From Pelagomonas calceolata (Eukaryota), in the NCBI GenBank assembly GCA_918797485.1, contig CAKKNE010000001.1:1860001-1924000 (forward strand): a stretch of DNA of 64,000 bases, given 5' to 3'. A program made the position numbers and the translations under genes. Position 1 is the first letter of the stretch; every line of letters begins with the position of its first letter. The notes under the pieces are model-generated. The model did no database searches. It was given only the letters and a program-made list of their open reading frames with translations, and was not told the DNA's origin. Positions 1-9,315 of this stretch are shown piece by piece.

Positions 1-457
1 GCGCGTCCCAGGCGACGCGCAGCTTGTTCGCTTTCAAGACCTTCGTGAGCTCCTCGCGCACGTGGATCTCGACGATAGAATACGACGGGATCCACCGGAA
101 CATGTTCGCCGGCGACCAGTACCGCCTCCCCCGCAATACCTTCTGGTAGGTGATCATCTGGGCCTCGCCGACCAAATCGAGCCAGCACGCCTCATCAATA
201 AAACCCTGATCAATCCCCGCGCGGACGCACGCGCTGCGGTCGCTCCACACCAAATACTCGGCGGCGGCGGCGGCCTGCTCGTGCAATCGCCCCGTGACGC
301 CCGACGCGACGTCGCTCCGGGCCTTCGTGAACATTAAAATTCCTGTCCCAGCGGTCGACGCCGTGAGGGCGATGGCCCGCGCGCTCGTCGACATGTCCTC
401 GATCTGCTTCATCTTCGACGTGAGCATGCCGAGGAGCATGGCGGTAGATTGCTTCAT
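1..457 (-). CDS. Hypothetical protein, 3' part runs off the window start
   Basis: Open minus frame read by hand from ATG 457: MKQSTAMLLGMLTSK...AQMITYQKVLRGRRYWSPANMFRWIPSYSIVEIHVREELTKVLK. No stop before the edge; start uncertain. Confidence 0.55.
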   Translation of the reverse strand, partial: MKQSTAMLLGMLTSKMKQIEDMSTSARAIALTASTAGTGILMFTKARSDVASGVTGRLHEQAAAAAEYLVWSDRSACVRAGIDQGFIDEACWLDLVGEAQMITYQKVLRGRRYWSPANMFRWIPSYSIVEIHVREELTKVLKANKLRVAWDA

Positions 458-704
458 CGGGCAGCCTTTTTGCCTTCGTAATGCGGCGGCTTTCGAGTGG
501 CGGAGCGCGACGGAGGGCGCCGAGAGTACGACGGGCGCTCGCGACCTTCGGGCAGCGTCGGGTCTCGCGAGAACCACAGCGCACGCAAGTTTAGCAACGA
601 CGAGCACGGGTTTCGTGGCCTCCTGTGTGTATGAGTCCTCGCGTCGACCTCTTTCAGTTGGGTTAGACACAACTTGAGGGGATAGAAGTCGCTCTGATGG
701 CTTG

Positions 705-725
705 CTAGTGTCTTACAGCCGCTAG
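705..725 (+). promoter_or_regulatory. CTAG-box motif copy
   Basis: CTAGTGTCTTACAGCCGCTAG between divergent genes (ATG 457 minus, ATG 1060 plus). Confidence 0.65.
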
Positions 726-1059
726 CTCGTTGCAAGCGCCGCAGAGCGTTTTTGAGCGAGCCGGCCACTTGCATTTGACTGCGCTGTGAGCGGCGGGACA
801 CTTGTTTGACGGCGCAAGCCACCCAGCCATAAAGCGGTCCGCGGTGAGTCGTCGCAAGCGCTGTTTTCAGCCGGAAGACGCGAGAGGCCTTTTTCTCGCA
901 GCAAACGCGTGCATAGACAGCGCGCGAGCGCGGCAGAGCGCAGCATCTCACTGCGCGCATCGGAGCGCGCAAGAAAAAAGGCTCGCCTCGACTCCCGCAC
1001 GCGAGCGCTCTCGGTGCTCCGCGAAAGCGCTCCGCGCACACCAAGCAAAACACCAAGCG

Positions 1060-2064
1060 ATGACGAAACTCACCTTCACCAAAGACGACCCGCCGCCGCC
1101 GGAGTCCCTGCCCGACGCGCCGCGCGCGCGCGCCGCCAGTGCCGCGACCGCCGCGCCGCCGGAAGCACCCGGCGAGGACGCGGCGGTCGACACGGAGTGG
1201 ACTGAGGAGGACGCGGCGTTCATGGCCGGCTGGGAGCAGAGCGACGAGAGCGATGTTAGTGATGGCGAGCCCTGCCCGTTCTGTGGGGGTCTGGGCCATT
1301 CGGTCGACGACTGCCCCATGCGGCGCGACACCAAGGGCGAGGTAGCTAAGGAGCAGCGGCCGGACCCCGTCGCGCGCTTGGTCGATGTGGTGGCCGACGC
1401 GGTCCTTGATGTGGCCGACGAGAATTTGTCAGCTTTCCTCGCGCGGCTCGCGGCGAACGGGCTGCGGGCGCAGCGGTACAACGACCTGGTCTCCGAATTG
1501 GTACCGGGCATCTGCGCCGACGCGGCGTTTGATCCTGAAATGTTAGCATCGAAATTCGAGGTGGATCCGGAGGGCCTCTTGTTATTGAGGGAGACCGTGC
1601 GGCGGGAGGTCGACAAATTACGGGCCACGCACGCGCTGCACAAAGACGACCTCACTGGTAACCTATCGCCGGAGCAGCTCTCCTCATTCTCTTCCGCAAA
1701 AACCTGGGACGACGACGATACGCGGGAGATGCCCGTGGAGCCTCCACCGCCGCCGCCGCCGCCGCCACCGCGCACCGTCGACCTCCCGGCCCTGGGCATC
1801 CGCGTGTCTGCCGACCCCACCGACGACGACGACGACAACGACGACCGCGACGAGGTCTTCGCGCGGTCGCCGAGCGGCCGCGTCGACTGGCGCGCGCCGG
1901 GCCAGCCCGTCGACGGCGCGTCGTCCGTGCGCCTTGCGCCCGTGCGCGAGGAAGGCGACGACAGTGGTGATGAGGACGACCTCCCCGCTGAGTACCTCGA
2001 GCGGCTCTCGAAGGACCTCGGGCGGTTGGTGGTGCAGGAGGGGCGGAGTCTGGACTCGTTTTAA
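1060..2064 (+). CDS. Hypothetical acidic protein with CCHC zinc knuckle
   Basis: ORF 802..2064, first ATG 1060; CPFCGGLGHSVDDC = C-x2-C-x4-H-x4-C; poly-Pro and acidic tracts. Confidence 0.7.
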   Translation: MTKLTFTKDDPPPPESLPDAPRARAASAATAAPPEAPGEDAAVDTEWTEEDAAFMAGWEQSDESDVSDGEPCPFCGGLGHSVDDCPMRRDTKGEVAKEQRPDPVARLVDVVADAVLDVADENLSAFLARLAANGLRAQRYNDLVSELVPGICADAAFDPEMLASKFEVDPEGLLLLRETVRREVDKLRATHALHKDDLTGNLSPEQLSSFSSAKTWDDDDTREMPVEPPPPPPPPPPRTVDLPALGIRVSADPTDDDDDNDDRDEVFARSPSGRVDWRAPGQPVDGASSVRLAPVREEGDDSGDEDDLPAEYLERLSKDLGRLVVQEGRSLDSF

Positions 2065-2259
2065 TATGCAAGTAGAGTAGTCTTTTGCGCGGCGATGGCG
2101 TTACCCCGGGTTGGAAGACTCCGCGCCTCGCCGGCTCGACGACGGGCCGCGTCTTTCATAACAGCATACTTCCGTCTTATTAGAACCGGCTCAGCACACT
2201 TCCCGGCGATGTTTAGCAACGGTAGTTTAACGTGCGTACAATTCATCAGATTCTGCTTG

Positions 2260-2279
2260 CTAGTATCTTAGCACGCTAG
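2260..2279 (+). promoter_or_regulatory. CTAG-box motif copy
   Basis: CTAGTATCTTAGCACGCTAG about 150 bp upstream of hemE ATG. Confidence 0.55.
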
Positions 2280-2426
2280 CTAGTTACACTTGCTGCGTCG
2301 TAGGATCGACATTACCGCTGCAAGCTGACCCGGTGCAGCACATCGTTGCGAGCGGTAACAGCCGTGAAACGATAACGCACCGCGTCATTGCAGCAATTAT
2401 CGCTTAACAAAGCTTCAAGCAGCAAG

Positions 2427-3569
2427 ATGCGCCAAGCATTGCTGTGCGCGGCGACGGCCGCAGCGTTACAAGCACCGGCGAACGATTTGGTATTAAGACT
2501 AGCACGAGGCGAGCAAGTAGAGCGGGCCCCGGTCTGGCTCTTCCGCCAGGCGGGCCGGCATATGCAAGAGTACCGCGACTACAAGGCCAAGACGGGCAAG
2601 CACTTCCTCCAGCTGTTAGACGACCCGAAGGACGTCGCCGAGGTGACGATGCAGCCTCTTAGGCGGTATGCGGTCGATGCTGCCATCTTGTTCAGTGATA
2701 TTTTAGTGGTTCCGCAAGCGCTCGACATTCGCGTCGAGATGCCGGGCGGTGTTGGTATTGTGGTGCCGGAGCCGCTGACTTCCGCTGCCATGGCGGACGA
2801 GGCCGCGGCGAAGGCGAGGGCGGATCCTGCTTCACTTGTAGCAAAGCGACTGAAGCATGTGACGCGCGGCGTCGAGGAGATTAGGTCTGCGCAATTGGCC
2901 GAGAACTTAGATAGAACGCTACTCGGCTTCTCCGCGGCGCCCTACACGCTGTTCTTCTACTCTGTAGGTGGTTCTTCCAAGAACCAGGCGCCTGGCGCTC
3001 AATTCAGCAAGGAGAACGCCCAGAGCACACAAAATTTGCTGGAGGCCTACACGGACCTAGTCGTAGAATATCTGTCGGCCCAGGCGGACGCGGGAGCCCA
3101 CGCGTTGCAAGTTTTTGAAGCGATGGGCATGACGTTGGGGGCCAAAATGTTCGAGGAACTCGCTTTACCGCATCTGGAAGCCCTGGCGTCGAAGCTGAAA
3201 GCTAGACATCCGGACGTGCCTCTGCTGGTCTTCGCTAGAGGTGTCGAGGACCCTCTGTCGGTCAACCTGCGACTCCAGAAGGCGGGCTACGACGTCATCA
3301 CGCTAGATGGGGAAGCCCACCGCTCAAAGAGCCGCGATGCGTTAGGTGCTTCCCAAGTGCTCCAGGGCAACTTCGACCCGAAACTCCTGCTGCCGGACTC
3401 GTCTCAAGAAGCCATCCACGCCGAGGTCGTGGCGATGCTCGAGGCGTTCGGGCCGGACAAGCTCCTCGCGAATTTGGGCGAGGGCCTCGGGGGCAAGGAG
3501 GACCAGGGGCTGGTCGACTTCTTCGTGAATGATATTCATGCCACGTCCGCGAAGATGATCTCAGGATAA
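2427..3569 (+). CDS. hemE: Uroporphyrinogen decarboxylase, probably plastid-targeted
   Basis: PVWLFRQAGR, DAAILFSDILV, GFSAAPYT, LQGNFDP and NLGEG motifs; signal-peptide-like N-terminus MRQALLCAATAAAL. Confidence 0.93.
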   Translation: MRQALLCAATAAALQAPANDLVLRLARGEQVERAPVWLFRQAGRHMQEYRDYKAKTGKHFLQLLDDPKDVAEVTMQPLRRYAVDAAILFSDILVVPQALDIRVEMPGGVGIVVPEPLTSAAMADEAAAKARADPASLVAKRLKHVTRGVEEIRSAQLAENLDRTLLGFSAAPYTLFFYSVGGSSKNQAPGAQFSKENAQSTQNLLEAYTDLVVEYLSAQADAGAHALQVFEAMGMTLGAKMFEELALPHLEALASKLKARHPDVPLLVFARGVEDPLSVNLRLQKAGYDVITLDGEAHRSKSRDALGASQVLQGNFDPKLLLPDSSQEAIHAEVVAMLEAFGPDKLLANLGEGLGGKEDQGLVDFFVNDIHATSAKMISG

Positions 3570-3575
3570 ATATAC

Positions 3576-4142
3576 TTATTCCGCCGTCGAGGGCATGTCT
3601 CCCTTCCAAAGGGTTTCGATCACTGCACCGTCGACGTCGACAAACACACCACTTCCGTTCCTCTCGCCCCTCTCCCAGAGTCCTCGGTGGCTCGCGCCCG
3701 ACGCGTAGCGCATCTCGCCGTAGCCGTTCGGCTTGCCGTCGCGGAATTCGCCGTGGTAGGTATCTCCATTCAGCGACACGAGCATGCCCCAGCCCTCGCG
3801 CGTCAAACAGTCGTCGGCGAAATCTCCGAGGTACATCGCGCCGTCGTCGCAGCGACGTCGTCCGTACTTGCGGCCCGCCGCGTCCGTCGCCAGGACGTCC
3901 ACGACGTCGGCGTACATCGGCTCGCGGCGCTGCTTGGGTTCTCGCCGCGCCTCGCGCCGCCGCGACTGCCGGTATTGCTTCGCAGGCGACGGATGATTCG
4001 TCTCGTCCGGCCGCAGGCAGAAGTCGGCCAGGGTAGCACTCATGTCAAAATGTGGGGTTGAGCAGTGGGGAACCGTCCCAGCAGTGCTACGATGATTCGT
4101 CTCGTCCGGCCGCAGGCAGAAGTCGGCCAGGGTAGCACTCAT
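3576..4142 (-). CDS. MORN-repeat protein
   Basis: YLGDFADDCLTREGWG, YHGEFRDGKPNGYG and HRGLWERGERNGSG MORN repeats; alternative ATG at 4043 because the start region is duplicated. Confidence 0.8.
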   Translation of the reverse strand: MSATLADFCLRPDETNHRSTAGTVPHCSTPHFDMSATLADFCLRPDETNHPSPAKQYRQSRRREARREPKQRREPMYADVVDVLATDAAGRKYGRRRCDDGAMYLGDFADDCLTREGWGMLVSLNGDTYHGEFRDGKPNGYGEMRYASGASHRGLWERGERNGSGVFVDVDGAVIETLWKGDMPSTAE

Positions 4143-4174
4143 GTCAAAATGTGGGGTTGAGCAGTGGGAACCGT
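3992..4174. repeat. Near-perfect ~85-bp direct repeat (period 99 bp)
   Basis: 3992-4076 versus 4091-4174, identical except one G in a G-run; each copy encodes MSATLADFCLRPDETNH on the minus strand. Confidence 0.95.
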
Positions 4175-4474
4175 GTCGCCTATGCGATGGCGTCGCGGCG
4201 GCTCGCGTGTCAGTGGTAAAGGCAGCCCCGAGGTCTTTGCTCGCGCGCAGCGACGTGCGCGAAGCGCTGTGCTTTGCGCTGCGGCCCCATCGCAACGGAT
4301 TTTGATTTTCAGCCATAGGCGTCCCGGAAGCGCTGAATTCAGTCCGAGAGTGGTCCGTCCCTCCTGCCAGCGCTCCCGGTTTCGCGCGGGTGCGGCATAG
4401 CTCGGCTTCTCCCTGCGCCGGCGCCTGGGATCCGCTGCCCCACGGCGCGCCATCGCCGCGAACGTCCCAGCAGC

Positions 4475-5695
4475 ATGGACCGCGTCCTCGCCTGCTTCGC
4501 GACGACGGCCGAGGACGTCGCCGCCATGGTCTGCGGCAGCTTTAGTCACATGGTCCCCCAGGCCTCGGAGCGCTGGCAGCGGCCGGCCGTGAAGGCACTC
4601 GTGCGCACGATCCACCAGGAGTTGTGCGACCCGGAGCTCCTGGGGCGGCTGGCCCCGGTCTGCAAGGAACTCGGGACGGCGGCCGTCGACGAGGCGACGC
4701 GGATGCTAGCAGGCATCGACCTGCCCGTCGTCGAGGTCATGCCGGAAGAACGCGTCCTCACGGACCGGAGCCACCGGCCGAAACCATCCCAGAAACGGCC
4801 GCGGGGCCTCTTTCCGCGGGTAGCCTGCCTGCGCGTCCTCGAGGGGGTTCGGATACGATGTGACGTGAATGAGCTTTCAGAAAGACTCCGGGCGCTGGGC
4901 GCGGCGCTGGTGGCGGGGGACCCGGACCTCGTCGTTTCGCGTGATGAAGCGCCTTCAACAGAGTGGGACGACGACGACCGTTTGATAGGACCCGTCGGCG
5001 TCGGGGCCGACATGCTGCGTTTTTTTGTCTTGGACCCCTGGGTGTCGGAGGAGCGCACGATCAAAAGCGGCGCCGACCTTTCTGAGGAGGAGGTGCGCGA
5101 GCTGGTCGACGGCGGCCGGTCGAGTGCGACCCGGCGCCCGACCTGGACCGCGGAGCACGTCCGGGCCTGGGGGACGGAGGGCGCGCACGGGCTCCCGAAC
5201 TGGCAGGACTTGACTTTAAGGGTTCACACGCACGTACGGAGCGGTGATAGGGTTTACGAGTGGAATTATGGGCTGGGCGATAATGATTATGGCTCCTACC
5301 ACTACGCACCTCAAAAGCTGCCGCGGTCGGCGTCCTTCTACTTCTGCAGGAACAACGATGGAGATAGAGGTCGCGTCGAGGCCGACTGGCCCGACGAGTG
5401 CGACGAAGCCGCCGTCAATGCGATCATCTGGTGTATTGATGCGGATCTCAAGAATGTGGAGTGCACGCCGCTCGTGAGGTTTGAAAATCCCGAGTTCCAG
5501 CACTTCGCGCACAAGGTCGGCTCGTGGGATTGTTTGAGGAAGCGGCGCGCGGCCTGGGCGGCGCGGCTTGAATTAATTCGCGCGTGCGAGGTCTCGGAGG
5601 ACGGGGGCCGCATGGAGGCCGACGAGTACGGCCCGGCCGCGGCATTGGTGCGGGGCATATCGGTCCAGCACTTCCGGGCGTCGCCCTACTACTGA
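4475..5695 (+). CDS. Hypothetical protein (406 aa)
   Basis: Long ATG-started ORF with globular composition; stop 6 bp from the convergent HYPK stop. Confidence 0.7.
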   Translation: MDRVLACFATTAEDVAAMVCGSFSHMVPQASERWQRPAVKALVRTIHQELCDPELLGRLAPVCKELGTAAVDEATRMLAGIDLPVVEVMPEERVLTDRSHRPKPSQKRPRGLFPRVACLRVLEGVRIRCDVNELSERLRALGAALVAGDPDLVVSRDEAPSTEWDDDDRLIGPVGVGADMLRFFVLDPWVSEERTIKSGADLSEEEVRELVDGGRSSATRRPTWTAEHVRAWGTEGAHGLPNWQDLTLRVHTHVRSGDRVYEWNYGLGDNDYGSYHYAPQKLPRSASFYFCRNNDGDRGRVEADWPDECDEAAVNAIIWCIDADLKNVECTPLVRFENPEFQHFAHKVGSWDCLRKRRAAWAARLELIRACEVSEDGGRMEADEYGPAAALVRGISVQHFRASPYY

Positions 5696-5701
5696 GTAAG
5701 A

Positions 5702-5998
5702 CTATGCATTTACGAGTGCCCGCAACGCCTTGACGACGTCGCCGCCCTGCACGCGCAGCTCGCGGTCCGCGACGGCCCGGTCGACCTCGAGCTCCTGCAC
5801 CACCAGGTCGACGTCGGCCTTGTCGACCTTCACGGCGGCGAGCGCGCGCTCCCGCTCGAGGTTCGCTTGCGCGGCGGCGTCGTCCGCGGTCGCGAGCGCG
5901 GACAGCGCCTCGCTCGCGCGCGCGCCGTCGACGCCTTTGTCTTCCACGAAGTCCGTCACCTTCTCGAGGCCCGCTTTTGCGGCTTCGGCATCCGTCAT
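5702..5998 (-). CDS. HYPK: Huntingtin-interacting protein K (NatA-associated, UBA-like C-terminus)
   Basis: LEKVTDFVEDK...KVDKADVDLVVQELEVDRAVADRELRVQGGDVVKALRALV matches the HYPK pattern. Confidence 0.85.
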   Translation of the reverse strand: MTDAEAAKAGLEKVTDFVEDKGVDGARASEALSALATADDAAAQANLERERALAAVKVDKADVDLVVQELEVDRAVADRELRVQGGDVVKALRALVNA

Positions 5999-6189
5999 CT
6001 TGTTTTTGCAGCGATTTACAGGTGCTGCTCCAAATCGAGGCTGCAGCAGCCCACCAGCCAAACTTCTCGCTCCCGCTGTTGGTCGTCAGCGATTCGTCAG
6101 CGATGGTTTGCTGGCAGTGTCTTGCACCTCTCAATGCGTACCACGGCCTAGTTTAACGCTCGAGGAGGACAAAAGCCGCAAAAAACGAG

Positions 6190-6261
6190 CTAGCGTCATG
6201 TAACATACTAGGAAACACTGGAAATCCCGCGCGCTAGCGGCCTGTACAGGTAAGACACTAG
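6190..6261 (-). promoter_or_regulatory. Two CTAG-box motif copies
   Basis: Reverse complements: CTAGTATGTTACATGACGCTAG (6190-6211) and CTAGTGTCTTACCTGTACAGGCCGCTAG (6234-6261), in a divergent promoter. Confidence 0.65.
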
Positions 6262-6358
6262 CAAGCAAAGCAAAAAAGTGAGCGCTGCTCGTCGTCAGAC
6301 CAGCATCGATTGTGAAAGGCGGCGCATCGCACGCCTGGACCAGATAGCCCAGCAATAG

Positions 6359-7318
6359 ATGCTTTCGCTGGACGCCGCACTCGATGCCAGCAGTGATGCC
6401 GAGGACACACCCGCCGGACGCGACGAGACGTCGAAAGAATCCCGCCGCGGCGCGCTCGCGAAGACGCTCGAGACCGTAAGAGCCCGCCGTGAGACTTTGG
6501 CGCGCGAGACGTCGGCCACGCGCCGCGCCGTCGAGGCGGCGGCCGCCGACAAGGCGGAGGGCAGCGATGCCGTCGAGCTGCCGCGCGCCGCACGCCTCGC
6601 AGCGCTGCGCGACGCAGCAGCGCGCAAGCGGAAGGCGCCGGCCGAGGACGGCACGCGGCGCATACGAGTCACGCGCGACGCGAGGGGCGACGAGCAGCTC
6701 GAGCTGTGCGGTGCGCCGGCCGAGGGTGCCTCGTCGGTGGTCATGATGGCCTGGGAGCGGCCCTACATGGAGGCGCTCGTCGACGCGCTCGAGGTCACGC
6801 CGGCGGATACTGTGCTTGAGATCGGCTACGGCCTCGGCTTCTCCTGCGCGGCGATCCAGCGCCGCAGGCCGCGGCGCCACGTCGTCGTCGAGTGCGATCC
6901 TGGAGTCCGCGCACGTATTCCGGACGGCGCGGACGGCGTCGAGGTCGTTGCGGCGACGTGGCAGGCCTACCTCGCCGACGCCAATGACAACTTTCCAATC
7001 CATGAGTTCTCGGCCGTATTTTTTGACGACTTTCCCATCGTCGCGACGCCGTCCCGCGGCAGCCGGTGGCGCAGCTTCCTCGAGGCCCTCGTACCGCACA
7101 TCGCGTGGGCCGCGCCTCCCCGGCGCGTCGTCGGCTACTGCTGCGACGCGGAGCGGCTGAGAGCGGCGCTCCCGGACGGCTACTGGCTCGAGCGCGCCAC
7201 CCCCTTCGAGCTGACGCCGCCCGCCGACTGTCCCTACGTGTCCGAGGCCGCGGGCGACCGGTGCTTTGTCGTGGTTATAGGCTTTGACCCCAACGGCGTC
7301 TACGAGCCGGGCGCTTGA
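6359..7318 (+). CDS. Rmt2/GAMT-like class I SAM methyltransferase
   Basis: VMMAWERPYMEALV, VLEIGYGLGFS, HVVVEC and FSAVFFDDF motifs. Confidence 0.85.
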   Translation: MLSLDAALDASSDAEDTPAGRDETSKESRRGALAKTLETVRARRETLARETSATRRAVEAAAADKAEGSDAVELPRAARLAALRDAAARKRKAPAEDGTRRIRVTRDARGDEQLELCGAPAEGASSVVMMAWERPYMEALVDALEVTPADTVLEIGYGLGFSCAAIQRRRPRRHVVVECDPGVRARIPDGADGVEVVAATWQAYLADANDNFPIHEFSAVFFDDFPIVATPSRGSRWRSFLEALVPHIAWAAPPRRVVGYCCDAERLRAALPDGYWLERATPFELTPPADCPYVSEAAGDRCFVVVIGFDPNGVYEPGA

Positions 7319-7356
7319 CGTAACTGTTGTTGAACACACCACAAAAAGTTATCACA

Positions 7357-8031
7357 CTACCGAGCCGTCATCTCCCACACGCGCGCCTCGCCCGCCTCCT
7401 CCACGACCTCGAGCGCGAGCTTGTGCGCGCCGCAGGCCTCGTCGAGCGCTTTGGACGACGCGTCGCCGAGCGCGAAGCTCTGCGCGAGGACGAAGCGCCC
7501 GCCCGGCGCGAGGCTCGTCGCCGCCGTGGTTATTAAAGGCGCCACGACGCCCGGGTCGTAGATCAGGTCGCTGCCGACGACGAGCTCAAACCGCTCTTCT
7601 GACGGGAGACCCCAGGCGCGCCGGTCGAACGTGCACCCCCCGAAGCCGTTCGCCGCCACGCCGCGCCGCGCCAGGTCGAGCGCGCCCCCGTCCCGATCCG
7701 AGAACGCGACGCGCGGGCAGCCCAGCGACGCGCACGTCAGTCCGACGATGCCGCAGCCGCAGCCCAGCTCGAGCACGCTATTCACCGGTGTCCAGCACTC
7801 GGCCACGCGCCGCGCCAGGGTCAATGCCGCCGGCCAGGCGCTGTGGCCGCTGATGTGGTGCGTCGTTGCCGCGTCGTCGTCGGCCAGACAATAATAGTAG
7901 ACGGCGCCGTGGGCCAGCGCGAGGCTCCGGCGCTCGGTGGCCGCGGCCGCGTCGAACATGTAGGCCACGCCCTCGCACTCGTCGTCCTCCTCCGCGGCAT
8001 CGCTGTCGTTGGGTGCTGCTGGGTCTGCCAT
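7357..8031 (-). CDS. METTL21/family-16 lysine methyltransferase
   Basis: SGHSAWPAALTLA, VLELGCGCGIVG and FELVVGSDLIYD motifs. Confidence 0.88.
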   Translation of the reverse strand: MADPAAPNDSDAAEEDDECEGVAYMFDAAAATERRSLALAHGAVYYYCLADDDAATTHHISGHSAWPAALTLARRVAECWTPVNSVLELGCGCGIVGLTCASLGCPRVAFSDRDGGALDLARRGVAANGFGGCTFDRRAWGLPSEERFELVVGSDLIYDPGVVAPLITTAATSLAPGGRFVLAQSFALGDASSKALDEACGAHKLALEVVEEAGEARVWEMTAR

Positions 8032-8352
8032 CGATGCCGTTTGATTTGCCGTCGACGAGGGCGTAATTGCCTGTGCAAGGAGGAGCTGTGCAAGCTTCAC
8101 TGCTCTCCGGTGCTACTCCGCAGTGTGATCCAATTGTGCGTTTCCGCACCTCGCGAATTGTGTGAATTGTGGCCCGAGTTTGAGCACAGATAGTACCGCG
8201 CGTGAGGGCTTTGTGCCTTGCAGAGCCGCCTCAGTTTTTGCAGAGCTGCACAGCACACAGAGTGTACTGCGCACGCGAACGCTGGCGCAAACAAGCGACG
8301 GCTACGGGGCCAGGACGCGGATCACGTTCCCGAGCAGCGCAATCCCTGACGA

Positions 8353-9015
8353 ATGGCCGCTCTCACGAATGCACTCCAAGCCCTCGGCGCCAGGGCAAAG
8401 CAGACTGTCATGCGCCAACCGAACGCCGTTAAAGCGCTCCACAACGCGGTGCGCGACGCCGTGGAACACCACGCCTCAGAACTCATAAAACCAGGACCTC
8501 AAATCGACGCACTCCTAACTGCGATGAGCGCCGTCGACGCGGCGGCACTCAGTATAGACGACGTACAAAGGCCAGGCGCATGCACCTACCTAGGTATCGT
8601 GGAACACGCCGACTACGCTATTGCTGCGTTCGTCCTCGCGCCGCATGCGAAGATCCCGCTCCACGACCACCCGAATATGACGGTGCTCTCGAGCGTAATC
8701 AGTGGTTCGATGCGCGTGACGTCGTTTGACGTGGGTGCCGACGGGAAGGCAAGACGCTCAGAAAGCGTGCTCTCGAGTGACGACGGGCCGGCAGCGTTAT
8801 TTCCCTCTGTCAATAATGTGCACGAGTTCCGGGCGGGCGACGGCGGCGCGGTCGTATTGGACGTCATCGTGCCGCCCTACGACGAGGATGCGGGGCGGGC
8901 CTGCCACTACTTCGAGGCCGTGGCCTGCAATGGCGGCGTCTTCAGGTTGAGGGAGGTCCCGGAGCCCGCCGACTTCGAGTGCCTCGGCGCCGTTTATCAA
9001 GGGCTCCGGCCCTGA
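8353..9015 (+). CDS. ADO: Cysteamine dioxygenase / plant cysteine oxidase family (PCO_ADO)
   Basis: IPLHDHPNMTVLS, NNVHEF and LDVIVPPY cupin motifs. Confidence 0.88.
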   Translation: MAALTNALQALGARAKQTVMRQPNAVKALHNAVRDAVEHHASELIKPGPQIDALLTAMSAVDAAALSIDDVQRPGACTYLGIVEHADYAIAAFVLAPHAKIPLHDHPNMTVLSSVISGSMRVTSFDVGADGKARRSESVLSSDDGPAALFPSVNNVHEFRAGDGGAVVLDVIVPPYDEDAGRACHYFEAVACNGGVFRLREVPEPADFECLGAVYQGLRP

Positions 9016-9073
9016 GTAATTTTCTTGTGTGTATCTACTGTCCTTGCGTCGCCCGTCGTCGCCTCGTTAACAG

Positions 9074-9094
9074 CTAGCGTCTGTAAGACACTAG
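9074..9094 (-). promoter_or_regulatory. CTAG-box motif copy
   Basis: Reverse complement CTAGTGTCTTACAGACGCTAG about 220 bp upstream of channel ATG 9316. Confidence 0.65.
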
Positions 9095-9315
9095 AGCACC
9101 ATTTCGCTGAGCAAAGCGCCGCGCGTCAATTGCAGACGCACTCCGGTCGCGTGCGCGCTGTGCTCCTGCGGGCCGACAGCGACGCACGTAGCACCGTCGA
9201 GGCTGCCCGGCCGAAGGAGCCCCATCGCAGAAAAGCCAGCCCAGTCTGACGGTGGCAACACGGCAGACCGAGCTCGCCTCTCGCTCGTTAAACACGGCCG
9301 AACCACAAGGAAGCG

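Noticed and set aside
802..1059. Upstream TTG/GTG extensions of ORFs (also 12813, 24577, 24839, 33071, 36022, 49798)
   Set aside because: The ORF track uses bacterial starts; the extensions are low-complexity promoter/UTR sequence and a downstream ATG gives a sensible N-terminus
6131..7342. Long antisense or alternate-frame ORFs (e.g. 6131..7342, 33463..34518, 49957..50946, 30261..30968)
   Set aside because: Shadows of real GC-rich CDSs; Arg/Ala/Ser-rich with no motifs
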